A stretch of DNA of 64,000 nt from Actinomycetes bacterium (GCA_024644345.1 JAHELE010000002.1:15585-79584); one strand, 5' to 3'. Positions 49,527 through 57,830 are shown, numbered from the stretch's first letter. Made by a program: numbers and translations. Notes: a model not told the origin generated them from the sequence alone.

Positions 49527-50726
49527 TCAGACCGCGATGTCCTGGTACTCCGCAGCGAACTGCGTCTCTTCGTCGTCCGTGAGCGCCCGGAAGATCGACA
49601 GCAGGGCGTAGTCATCCGCACTGGGGAAGATCAGCGGGTTCTCGGCCAGTTTCGGCTGGGTCTTGGCCAACTGTTCCTGCGCCCCGTCGACCGGGCAGAT
49701 GTAGTTCACCCACGCCGCCAGCTCAGCAGCGTTCACCGGGTCGTAGTAGTAGTTCATCCACGCCTCGGCATTGGCCTTGTGCTGGGCGTTGATCGGCACC
49801 AGCATGTTGTCCGACCACAGCATTCCGCCGGCCTCGGGGATCACGAACTTGATGTTCGGGTTGTCGAACTGCAGCTGGATGACATCTCCGGACCACGCGA
49901 TGCACGCCGCGATGTCGCCCTTGGCGAGCAGCTGCGCGTAGTTGTTGCCGGTGAACTGCCGGATCTGACCGGAGTCTTTGGCCGCCTGCAGCGCATCGAG
50001 GGCGGACGCCCACTCGTCCTCGGTGAAGTCGGCCGGGTTCGACCCCTGATCGAGCAGGATCAGCCCCATCGTGTCGCGCATCTCCTTGAGCACCGTGATC
50101 CCACCGTTGAGATCAGGGTTGGTCAGCAGGTCGGTGATCGACGAGACCTCTGAGGTGAGGGACGAGTCGTAGGCGATACCTGTCACACCGGACTGCCAGG
50201 GCAACGAGTAGTCGCGGTTCGGGTCGAAGGTCGGCGACTTCAACGTCGACGTCAAGTTGTCGAAGTTGGGGATGTTGGCCTTGTCGAGCTTTTCCAGCCA
50301 GGTGAGGTTGATCAGCTTCGATGCCATCCAGTCGGTCAGCACGAAAGAGTCGACGCCGACGTCCTTGTTGGCTGCCAGGATCGGGCGGATCTTGGCGAAG
50401 TACTCCTCGTTGTCATTGACCGGCTCGGTGTAGTTGACCGAAATGCCAGTCTCGTCCTGGAATCGCTCGAGCGTCGGGTACGTCTTGGTTCCCGAGACTC
50501 GCTTGGTGTCGATGTACAGCGGCCAGTTGGCGAAGTTGAGAATCTTCTCGTCGTTGCCGCCGGACCCGCTGGTGCTGCCTCCGTCGTCGCTGCCGCAGGC
50601 AGCGAGCAGGCTGGCGCCAGCTGCGGCGGCACCTGTGGCGCCGACCCCGCGGAGGAAGCCACGACGGGACAGGCCCGTGGGGCGGACGCCCGATACCGAG
50701 CTGGAGAGTGGGTTGAGGTCAGTCAT
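49527..50726 (-). CDS. potD: Polyamine-type ABC transporter substrate-binding lipoprotein
   Basis: 399 aa with the Tat motif SRRGFLRG and the lipobox LLAACG. It has a PotD/PotF-like fold, and GGAGGAAAT lies before the ATG. Confidence 0.85.
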   Translation of the reverse strand: MTDLNPLSSSVSGVRPTGLSRRGFLRGVGATGAAAAGASLLAACGSDDGGSTSGSGGNDEKILNFANWPLYIDTKRVSGTKTYPTLERFQDETGISVNYTEPVNDNEEYFAKIRPILAANKDVGVDSFVLTDWMASKLINLTWLEKLDKANIPNFDNLTSTLKSPTFDPNRDYSLPWQSGVTGIAYDSSLTSEVSSITDLLTNPDLNGGITVLKEMRDTMGLILLDQGSNPADFTEDEWASALDALQAAKDSGQIRQFTGNNYAQLLAKGDIAACIAWSGDVIQLQFDNPNIKFVIPEAGGMLWSDNMLVPINAQHKANAEAWMNYYYDPVNAAELAAWVNYICPVDGAQEQLAKTQPKLAENPLIFPSADDYALLSIFRALTDDEETQFAAEYQDIAV

Positions 50727-50759
50727 TCTGGCATTTCCTCCGCAATGGTTGGGATGAGC

Positions 50760-50777
50760 GCGAATCCCTCGATTCGC
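50760..50777 (-). other. Hairpin GCGAATC-CCTC-GATTCGC between the ALDH gene and potD
   Basis: 7-bp perfect arms. It is 3 nt after the ALDH stop and 34 nt before the potD ATG. Confidence 0.4.
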
Positions 50778-50780
50778 CGG

Positions 50781-52268
50781 TCACCGGTTACCAAAGATGG
50801 TCCGGTGCCAGTCTTTGCGTACGACCGCGGTGCGGTCGAACATCACATGCTTCACGTTGGTGTACTCATCGAGCGAGTACTGGCTCATGTCCTTGCCGAA
50901 GCCGGACTGCTTGTACCCACCGTGCGGCATCTCGCTGATGATCGGGATGTGGTCGTTGACCCAGACACAACCCGAGCGGATCTCACTGGAGGCCCGCATG
51001 GAGCGGAACACGTCGCGCGTCCAGACCGAGGCAGCCAGACCGAACGGTGTGTCGTTGGCCAGTCTCAGTCCCTCGTCATCGCTGTCGAAGGGCAGGACGA
51101 CGAGCACCGGGCCGAACAGCTCCTCCTGGACGATCTCGGAGTCTTGCGCGACGTCGACGACCACGGTGGGCTCGTAGTACGAACCCTGCGCCAACGCCCC
51201 ACCGGGGATCTGACCGCCCGTCACGATCTTGGCCCCGTATCCGCGAGCGCGCTCGACATAGCCGGCCACGCTCTCCTGTTGCTTGCGCGAGATCAACGGC
51301 CCCTGATCGGTGGCTGGATCGGCGGTCGGGCCGAGCACGACCTGCGACATGAGCTCGGCCACACCCTGCACGAACGCCTCGTAGAGCGGCCGCTGCACGT
51401 ACGCCCGCGTTGCGGCGGTGCAGTCCTGACCGGAGTTGATCAGCGAACCGGCCACGGCACCGTTGATGGCCGCATCGAGATCGGCGTCGTCGAACACCAG
51501 GAAGGGAGCCTTGCCACCGAGCTCGAGATGGACTCGCTTGACGGTGCCGGATGCTGTCTGCATGACCTTCTGGCCGACGGGGGTGGAGCCCGTGAAGGAG
51601 ACCATCGACACATCAGGATGGGCAATCAGGTGGTTGCCGGCCACCGAGCCGCGTCCGGTGATCACGTTCACCACGCCAGCCGGGATTCCGGCGTCGTGGG
51701 CGGCCTGCGCGAACATGACCGAGGTGAGTGGCGTCATCTCAGCCGGCTTCAGCACGATGGTGTTGCCAGCGGCGATCGCGGGGAGCACCTTCCAGGCAGC
51801 CATCTGCAGGGGGTAGTTCCATGGGGCGATCGATCCGACCACCCCGATCGCTTCACGCCTGATCATCGAGGTGTGGTCCGCGCTGTACTCACCAGCGGCT
51901 TTGCCCTCGAGATTGCGTGCGGCACCCGAGAAGAAGGCCGTGTTGTCGACCGTGCCCGGAACGTCGAAGTCGGTGGCCAGACGAATAGGTTTGCCCGCTT
52001 GGCGACTCTCGACCTCGGCCAGCTCGGTCGCTCGCGAGTCGAGGACCCTGGCGAAGGCCGCGATGGCGTCGGATCGGGCCCCGGGAGTTGCCCCCGACCA
52101 CTCGGGGAAGGCCGCTGTCGCGGCCGCCACGGCGGTGTCGACGTCGTCGGGGGTGGCGAGGGTCACTTGCTGGATCGCCTGGCCGTTGCTCGGATCGATG
52201 ACGTCATCGGTCTCTCCGCCGGAACTCTCGACGGCTTTGCCGCCGATGAAGTGGCTGGCGATGGTCAT
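50781..52268 (-). CDS. Aminoaldehyde dehydrogenase (gamma-aminobutyraldehyde dehydrogenase-like ALDH)
   Basis: ATG 52268 after GAGGAGGAAG (MTIASHFIGGKAV...). HLELGGKAP and the catalytic Cys in GQDCTAATR. It is a paralogue of 54289..55731. The tracked ORF extends to 52592. Confidence 0.88.
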   Translation of the reverse strand: MTIASHFIGGKAVESSGGETDDVIDPSNGQAIQQVTLATPDDVDTAVAAATAAFPEWSGATPGARSDAIAAFARVLDSRATELAEVESRQAGKPIRLATDFDVPGTVDNTAFFSGAARNLEGKAAGEYSADHTSMIRREAIGVVGSIAPWNYPLQMAAWKVLPAIAAGNTIVLKPAEMTPLTSVMFAQAAHDAGIPAGVVNVITGRGSVAGNHLIAHPDVSMVSFTGSTPVGQKVMQTASGTVKRVHLELGGKAPFLVFDDADLDAAINGAVAGSLINSGQDCTAATRAYVQRPLYEAFVQGVAELMSQVVLGPTADPATDQGPLISRKQQESVAGYVERARGYGAKIVTGGQIPGGALAQGSYYEPTVVVDVAQDSEIVQEELFGPVLVVLPFDSDDEGLRLANDTPFGLAASVWTRDVFRSMRASSEIRSGCVWVNDHIPIISEMPHGGYKQSGFGKDMSQYSLDEYTNVKHVMFDRTAVVRKDWHRTIFGNR

Positions 52269-52486
52269 CGCTTCCTCCTCGTACCCGCTCCTGTCCGGAG
52301 CGACCCCATGGACGTGGTGACAGCTGACGGGCCTCCGGCCCCTCAGCCGGTGTACCGCCACACCTCGCGGGTAACGGTACCCGCCACGCCGCGACTCGCA
52401 CCCGCTGGCCCGCCGTAACCGGACCCACGCACGAGCGACTCGTTGATGGGGGCCGATCTTGGCAGACAGATCCCTCACGCACAAGC

Positions 52487-52522
52487 GAATCCGTCGTCCT
52501 TTGTCCATTCTGCGACGAAATC
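52487..52522. promoter_or_regulatory. Composite inverted repeat GAATCCGTCG-N16-CGACGAAATC (candidate operator, site 1)
   Basis: Read directly. The same architecture and the same 16-nt spacing occur at 55878-55913. Confidence 0.45.
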
Positions 52523-52596
52523 GTGATCCACAGGGCGTCCCAAACGACGAATCAGGAAGTGGAGCGGGATCCGCACCCTCCTTCACCCTCACCCTC

Positions 52597-52611
52597 CTTT
52601 ACAGAGTGTCA
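52597..52611. promoter_or_regulatory. Motif CTTTACAGAGTGTCA upstream of the second PucR gene
   Basis: It lies 23-37 nt upstream of GTG 52634 and matches 44797-44811 at 13 of 15 positions. Confidence 0.3.
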
Positions 52612-52633
52612 TCGGCCATGCCACGGTGCGCGC

Positions 52634-54256
52634 GTGTACCCCACCGTCGCCCACGTGCTCGAGCTCGAGACCGTCCGACGCGGGCGACCCCGCGTCGTGG
52701 CTGGCTCCAGTGGAATGGGAAGGACCGTTCGATGGACCCACGTTGCCGAGCTGCCCGACATCGCCCCGCTGTTGCGCGGAGGCGAGCTGTTGCTCTCCAC
52801 CGGATTGGCGTTTCCTTCCAGCGATGATGCCCTGGCCTCCCTCATCCAGGAGCTCGCCGAGGCTGGGGTGGCCGGCCTCGTCGTCGAACTCGGACGTCGG
52901 TACGCCGGCACGCTGCCCGAGGCGCTGACTGCGGCGGCGGAGACTCACGGCCTACCCGTCATCGAACTGCGCCGCGAGACTCCGTTCGTTCAGGTGACGG
53001 AGTCTGTCCATGCACTGATCGTCGACGCCCAGGTCGCTGAGCTGCGCGCGTCCGATGAGGTGCATCGCACGTTCACCGAGCTCTCGATGGAGGGAGCCGA
53101 CCCCGAGACGATCGTGCGTCAGACCGCACGGATGGCCAACGCCCCGGTGGTCCTCGAGACCCTGAGCCATCAGATTCTGGCGTTCGACGCCGCGGGCGCC
53201 TCTGCGGAGGCCCTCCTCGACCGCTGGGAGTCCCGTTCGCGCTCCCACCGTTCGCACGGACGATCCACCGTCGATCGGGCCAGTGGCTGGGTGGTCGCCA
53301 CCGTCGGAGCCCGCGGAACCGACTGGGGCCGTCTGGTACTGGTGCTCGGGCGCACGGCCACGCCACGTGACCAGGTGCTCGTCGAGCGGGCAGCGGCGAC
53401 GCTGGCCCTGGGGCGGCTGATCGAACGAGAACACGAGTCCCTGGAGCGCCAGTCGCACCGCACCCTGTTGAGCGCCATGGTCGACCAGAGCCTCACGTCC
53501 CATGAGATGACCCTGCGGGCCAGGGGCCTCGGGGTCCCACTCGACGACAAGGCCATGGTCGGTGTCGTGCTGCGGCCCACACCAAGGTCGCGCGCCACCC
53601 TTGCCGATCAGGCACGCCTCACCCGTCTCGCCGAGACAACCGCCGACGCACTCAAAGGGACGCGTGGGCTCGGCTTGGTGGGGGTGCTGGACGACGCCTC
53701 GGTCGGACTCCTCGTGGCGGTGACTGTCCAGAGCCACGTCGACCAGGTTCTGGACCGGCTCTCGTCCCGGGTGAGACGCACGGCCGTCGAACGAGCCGGA
53801 CCCGGGGAGGGGGATGTCGTCATTGCCGCCGGTTCAACGGTGACAGACGTCCTCGAGGTGCGCCGGTCGTTTCTCGAGGCAGCCCAAGTGGCCGATGTGG
53901 CTGGGGAAGGGGCAGCGCGCCCGTTCTACCGGCTCTCCGATGTCGGGCTGCCCGGGCTGCTGCATCTGCTGCGGCGTGACGAGCGGCTCCAGACCTTCGT
54001 GGAGCGCGAGCTCGGTCCCCTCCTGTCGTACGACGACGACCACGGGACCGACCTTTTCGGCGTCCTCGGCCACTATCTCGACGCAGGGCGCAACAAGTCG
54101 ACCGCCGCCACAGCTCTGGCCCTGTCGCGACCGGCCCTCTACGAACGGCTGCGTGTCATCGAGGAGGTTCTGGGCCTCGATCTCGACGACGTCTCGACGT
54201 GCCTGACGCTGCACGTGGCCGTGTCAGCCCTGACAGCCGTGCGGTCACCAGGCTGA
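52634..54256 (+). CDS. PucR-family transcriptional regulator
   Basis: GTG 52634 (VYPTVAHVLELETVRRGRPRVVAGSSGMGRTVRWTHVAELPDIAPLLRGGELLLSTG...). The C-terminal HTH is ...ALALSRPALYERLRVIEEVLG.... The tracked ORF starts at 52523. Confidence 0.85.
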   Translation: MYPTVAHVLELETVRRGRPRVVAGSSGMGRTVRWTHVAELPDIAPLLRGGELLLSTGLAFPSSDDALASLIQELAEAGVAGLVVELGRRYAGTLPEALTAAAETHGLPVIELRRETPFVQVTESVHALIVDAQVAELRASDEVHRTFTELSMEGADPETIVRQTARMANAPVVLETLSHQILAFDAAGASAEALLDRWESRSRSHRSHGRSTVDRASGWVVATVGARGTDWGRLVLVLGRTATPRDQVLVERAAATLALGRLIEREHESLERQSHRTLLSAMVDQSLTSHEMTLRARGLGVPLDDKAMVGVVLRPTPRSRATLADQARLTRLAETTADALKGTRGLGLVGVLDDASVGLLVAVTVQSHVDQVLDRLSSRVRRTAVERAGPGEGDVVIAAGSTVTDVLEVRRSFLEAAQVADVAGEGAARPFYRLSDVGLPGLLHLLRRDERLQTFVERELGPLLSYDDDHGTDLFGVLGHYLDAGRNKSTAATALALSRPALYERLRVIEEVLGLDLDDVSTCLTLHVAVSALTAVRSPG

Positions 54257-54274
54257 GCCGGTGACCGCACGGTT
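54235..54274. terminator. Bidirectional terminator-like hairpin between convergent pucR and ALDH genes
   Basis: ccgtgcggtcacc (54237-54249) pairs with ggtgaccgcacgg (54260-54272). That is 13 bp perfect, about 15 bp with flanking pairs. The 10-nt loop contains the PucR TGA stop. Confidence 0.65.
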
Positions 54275-54288
54275 CGACAAGCTCTCGG

Positions 54289-55731
54289 TCAGCTCTCGAT
54301 GTTTGCCATGACGTGCTTGATCCGCGTGTAGTCGTCGAACCCGTACATCGACAGGTCTTTGCCGTATCCGGAGTGCTTGAAGCCTCCGTGGGGCATCTCG
54401 GCGACGAGCGGGATGTGGGTGTTGATCCACACGCATCCGAAGTCGAGGGCCTTTGCCATCCGCATGGCGCGACCGAAGTCCTTGGTCCACACGCTGGAGG
54501 CCAGACCGTAGTCGACGCCATTGCCGTACCTGAGCGCCTCGGCCTCGTCCGAGAACTTCTGGACCGTGATCACCGGACCGAAGATCTCGCTCTGAATCAC
54601 CTCGTCGGTCTGCGTGACGTCAGCGATGACACTGGGCTTGACGTAGTAGCCGTGGTCGCCGATCTTCTCGCCACCGGCGGTCACCCGCGCATGGTCGGGC
54701 AGACGGTCGAAGAAGCCGAGGACTCGATCGAACTGGTTCACGTTGTTGACCGGAGGCACCATGGCGTCCTCGTCGCTCGGACCGTTCTCGTAGGTGGTGG
54801 CCGTGTTGAGCGCCTGCTCGGTCAGAGCCGCGACGAAATCGTCGTAGACGCCCGGTGCCGCGAGAACACGCGTGGCCGCTGTGCAGTCCTGCCCCGCATT
54901 GAAGTAGCCGGCGACAGCGATCGCTTCAGCGGCTGCGGCGATGTCGGCGTCATCGAAGATGATGACCGGCGCCTTGCCGCCGAGCTCGAGGTGGAGGCGT
55001 TTGAGGTCCTTGCTCGCCGACTCGGCGATCTGCATCCCGGCCCGGGTGGAGCCGGTGATCGAGATCAGCCGGGGGGTCCTGTGGTCGACGAGCGCACGTC
55101 CGGTGTCGCGATCGCCGGTGACCACGTTGAACACCCCGGGAGGCAGCATCTCGGCTGCGAGCTCGGCCATCCGCACCGTCGTGGCCGGAGTGGTGTCGGA
55201 CGGCTTGAGAACCGTCGTGCACCCGGCTGCGATCGCGGGGGCGAACTTCCACACCGCCATCATCATCGGGTAGTTCCACGGGGCGACCTGGCCGACCACT
55301 CCCACGGGCTCGCGACGAATCATCGAGGTGTGACCGGCCATGTACTCGCCGGCCGAGCGACCCTCGAGGTTGCGCGCCGCCCCGGCGAAGAACCTGAGCT
55401 GGTCGACCATCGGCGGGATCTCTTCGCTGGCGGTCAACGCCAGCGGCTTGCCGGTGTTCTCGCTCTCGAGGGCGATCAGCTCGTCGGCGTTCGCCTCGAT
55501 CGCGTCGGCCAGCTTGAGCAGGGCCAGCGACCGCTCGGACGGCGTGGTGTCCTTCCACGTCTCAAAAGCCGTCGACGCCGCCGCAAAGGCGCGATCGACG
55601 TCCTCGGCCGAGCTCTTCGCGGCCTGCGCGAAGACCTCTCCGGTCGTCGGGTTGATGAGGTCCATCATCTGGCCGTCGGCCGAGTCGACGGACTCGCCGT
55701 TGATGAAGTTACGGATGACGCGGTCGCTCAC
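54289..55731 (-). CDS. Aminoaldehyde dehydrogenase (gamma-aminobutyraldehyde dehydrogenase-like ALDH)
   Basis: GTG 55731 after GAGGAG (VSDRVIRNFINGESV...). HLELGGKAP and GQDCTAATR. The tracked ORF extends to 55803. Confidence 0.88.
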   Translation of the reverse strand: MSDRVIRNFINGESVDSADGQMMDLINPTTGEVFAQAAKSSAEDVDRAFAAASTAFETWKDTTPSERSLALLKLADAIEANADELIALESENTGKPLALTASEEIPPMVDQLRFFAGAARNLEGRSAGEYMAGHTSMIRREPVGVVGQVAPWNYPMMMAVWKFAPAIAAGCTTVLKPSDTTPATTVRMAELAAEMLPPGVFNVVTGDRDTGRALVDHRTPRLISITGSTRAGMQIAESASKDLKRLHLELGGKAPVIIFDDADIAAAAEAIAVAGYFNAGQDCTAATRVLAAPGVYDDFVAALTEQALNTATTYENGPSDEDAMVPPVNNVNQFDRVLGFFDRLPDHARVTAGGEKIGDHGYYVKPSVIADVTQTDEVIQSEIFGPVITVQKFSDEAEALRYGNGVDYGLASSVWTKDFGRAMRMAKALDFGCVWINTHIPLVAEMPHGGFKHSGYGKDLSMYGFDDYTRIKHVMANIES

Positions 55732-55877
55732 GTGATCTCCTCGATGGGGGTGGAACGGCGTAGGTGGTCGGGCGAGCGGGCCGAGGCGATCACTGACGAC
55801 CACTCCGCGGCCTGTCCCGCCTCCCCACCCTAGCCCCAGACGGCAGAAAACGACAGAGTTCGTGCCCTTCGGTTACC

Positions 55878-55913
55878 GATTTCGTCGCGAATCTGCCATT
55901 TCTCGACGGAATC
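55878..55913. promoter_or_regulatory. Composite inverted repeat GATTTCGTCG-N16-CGACGGAATC (candidate operator, site 2)
   Basis: Read directly. It lies between ALDH (start 55731, minus) and the Lrp gene (start 55951, plus). Confidence 0.45.
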
Positions 55914-55950
55914 ACTTGCCTTTGTCCCGAAAGAGCGACAGGATGCGCGA

Positions 55951-56436
55951 ATGGTCAGCCGCGACCGCGTCTCCGAACGCAGCAATGGAGCCGTCCTCGA
56001 CGACGTGTCGAAGGCGATTATCGAGCAGCTGCAGGAGGACGGTCGTCGACCCTACTCGGCGATCGGCAAGGCGGTCGGTCTCTCGGAGGCAGCCGTGCGC
56101 CAACGCGTGCAGCGCCTGCTCGAGACCGGCGTGATGCAGATCGTGGCGGTCACCGATCCGCTCTCCGTGGGATTTCCTCGGGCAGCCATGATCGGCGTTC
56201 GGGTCGAGGGCGACATGGAAGACGTTGCCGATGCCCTGGAGACCATGGCAGAGGTCGACTACGTCGTCATCACGGCCGGTTCCTACGACATCCTTGTCGA
56301 GGTCGTCTGCGAGGACGATGACCATCTGCTCGACGTCATCAACCGCCAGATCCGGGCCATCCCCGGTGTTCGGCACACCGAGAGCTTCGTCTACCTCAAG
56401 CTCCGTAAACAGATCTACTCCTGGGGAACCCGATGA
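55951..56436 (+). CDS. Lrp/AsnC-family transcriptional regulator
   Basis: 161 aa. HTH ...IIEQLQEDGRRPYSAIGKAVGLSEAAVRQRVQRL... plus a C-terminal RAM/ASNC domain. ATGA overlap with the next gene. Confidence 0.9.
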   Translation: MVSRDRVSERSNGAVLDDVSKAIIEQLQEDGRRPYSAIGKAVGLSEAAVRQRVQRLLETGVMQIVAVTDPLSVGFPRAAMIGVRVEGDMEDVADALETMAEVDYVVITAGSYDILVEVVCEDDDHLLDVINRQIRAIPGVRHTESFVYLKLRKQIYSWGTR

Positions 56437-57830
56437 GCACATCACCGCAATACGTCAACGAACCGGGCGACGACCGCCTGGCCGAGAGTGCACGTGACCA
56501 CCTGTGGATGCACTTCACCCGCCACTCGAGCTATGAGGACGGCAGCCACGTACCTGTGATCACACGGGGCGACGGCGCCTACATCTGGGACGACCAGGGG
56601 AACAAGTACCTCGATGGCCTCGCCGGGCTCTTCGTCGTGCAGGTGGGCCACGGTCGGACAGAGCTGGCTGAGGTGATGGCCAAGCAGGCCTCTGAGCTGG
56701 CGTTCTTCCCGCTCTGGTCCTACGCCCACCCGCCGGCCATCGAGCTGGCCGACCGGCTGGCCGAGCTCGCACCGGGTGACCTGAACCGGGTGTTCTTCAC
56801 CTCTGGTGGCGGCGAGGCGGTCGAGAGCGCCTGGAAGCTGGCCAAGCAGTACTTCAAGTTGACCGGCAAGCCGATGAAGCACAAAGTGATCAGCCGCTCG
56901 GTCGCTTATCACGGCACGCCCCAAGGCGCCTTGTCCATTACCGGCATCCCGGACGCAAAGAAGTACTTCGAGCCGCTGGTCCCGACGGGGATCAAGGTGC
57001 CCAATACCAACTTCTACCGCGCACCCGAGCACGGTGACGACATCAACGCCTTCGGCCAGTGGGCAGCCAACCGGATCGCCGAGGCCATCGAGTTCGAGGG
57101 TCCCGACACGGTGGCAGCGGTGTTCCTCGAGCCGGTGCAGAACTCCGGCGGATGCTTCCCGCCCCCTCCCGGCTACCTCGAGCGCGTCCGCGAGATCTGC
57201 GACGAGTACGACGTCCTGTTCGTGTCGGACGAGACGATCTGCGCCTACGGCCGCATCGGTGACTACTTCGCCACCAAGCGCTATGGGGTGACGCCCGACA
57301 TCATCACGTCGGCGAAGGGCCTGACATCCGGCTACGCACCACTCGGAGCGATGATCGTCAGTGACCGGCTGTTCGAGCCGTTCCGCCACGGTCAGGAGTA
57401 CTTCGCACACGGCTACACCTGGGGCGGACACCCCGTGTCGGCCGCCGTCGCGTTGGCCAACCTCGACATCTTCGAGCGTGAGGGCATCAACCAGCACGTC
57501 CGGGACAACGAAGGAGCCTTCCGGTCGACCCTTGAGAAGCTCACCGACCTGCCGATCGTTGGCGACGTCCGGGGCGACGGCTACTTCTACGGCATCGAGC
57601 TGGTCAAGGACAAGAAGACCAAGGAGACGTTCGACGACGACGAGGCCGAACGCCTGCTCCGCGGATTCTTGTCCAAGGCTCTGTTCGACGCCGGGCTGTA
57701 CTGCCGGGCAGACGATCGAGGCGACCCCGTGATTCAGCTCGCCCCCCCGCTCATCATCGGACAGCCGGAGTTCGACCAGATCGAGGCGACGTTGCGATCG
57801 GTCCTCACCGAGGCCTGGTCGATCCTGTAG
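56433..57830 (+). CDS. Class-III (omega) aminotransferase, putrescine/beta-alanine--pyruvate transaminase-like
   Basis: 465 aa. ...FTSGGGEAVESAWKLA...FVSDETICAYGRIG...TSAKGLTSGYAPLG... Confidence 0.88.
   Translation: MSTSPQYVNEPGDDRLAESARDHLWMHFTRHSSYEDGSHVPVITRGDGAYIWDDQGNKYLDGLAGLFVVQVGHGRTELAEVMAKQASELAFFPLWSYAHPPAIELADRLAELAPGDLNRVFFTSGGGEAVESAWKLAKQYFKLTGKPMKHKVISRSVAYHGTPQGALSITGIPDAKKYFEPLVPTGIKVPNTNFYRAPEHGDDINAFGQWAANRIAEAIEFEGPDTVAAVFLEPVQNSGGCFPPPPGYLERVREICDEYDVLFVSDETICAYGRIGDYFATKRYGVTPDIITSAKGLTSGYAPLGAMIVSDRLFEPFRHGQEYFAHGYTWGGHPVSAAVALANLDIFEREGINQHVRDNEGAFRSTLEKLTDLPIVGDVRGDGYFYGIELVKDKKTKETFDDDEAERLLRGFLSKALFDAGLYCRADDRGDPVIQLAPPLIIGQPEFDQIEATLRSVLTEAWSIL

Noticed and set aside
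52269-52592. 108-codon in-frame N-terminal extension of the ALDH gene (tracked ORF 50781..52592)
   Set aside because: The extension is Arg-rich and non-protein-like. The ALDH alignment begins at MTIASHFIGGK, with a strong GAGGAGGAAG Shine-Dalgarno sequence before ATG 52268. Similar over-extensions were trimmed for ORFs 8005..10155, 6799..7815, 15466..17178, 26776..28269, 43156..44766, 44826..46451 and 54289..55803, because they overlap the upstream gene.
41114-55893. Recurrence of the short words GCGAATC (41114, 50760, 52485, 55887) and ACAGAGT (41341, 44770, 52601, 55853) as independent evidence for a regulon
   Set aside because: My rough composition-based estimate is about 6 chance hits for GCGAATC and about 3 for ACAGAGT per 64 kb on both strands. 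I also did not scan coding regions exhaustively. Only the longer matches (the 36-bp composite repeat and the 15-mer pair) are reported as findings.
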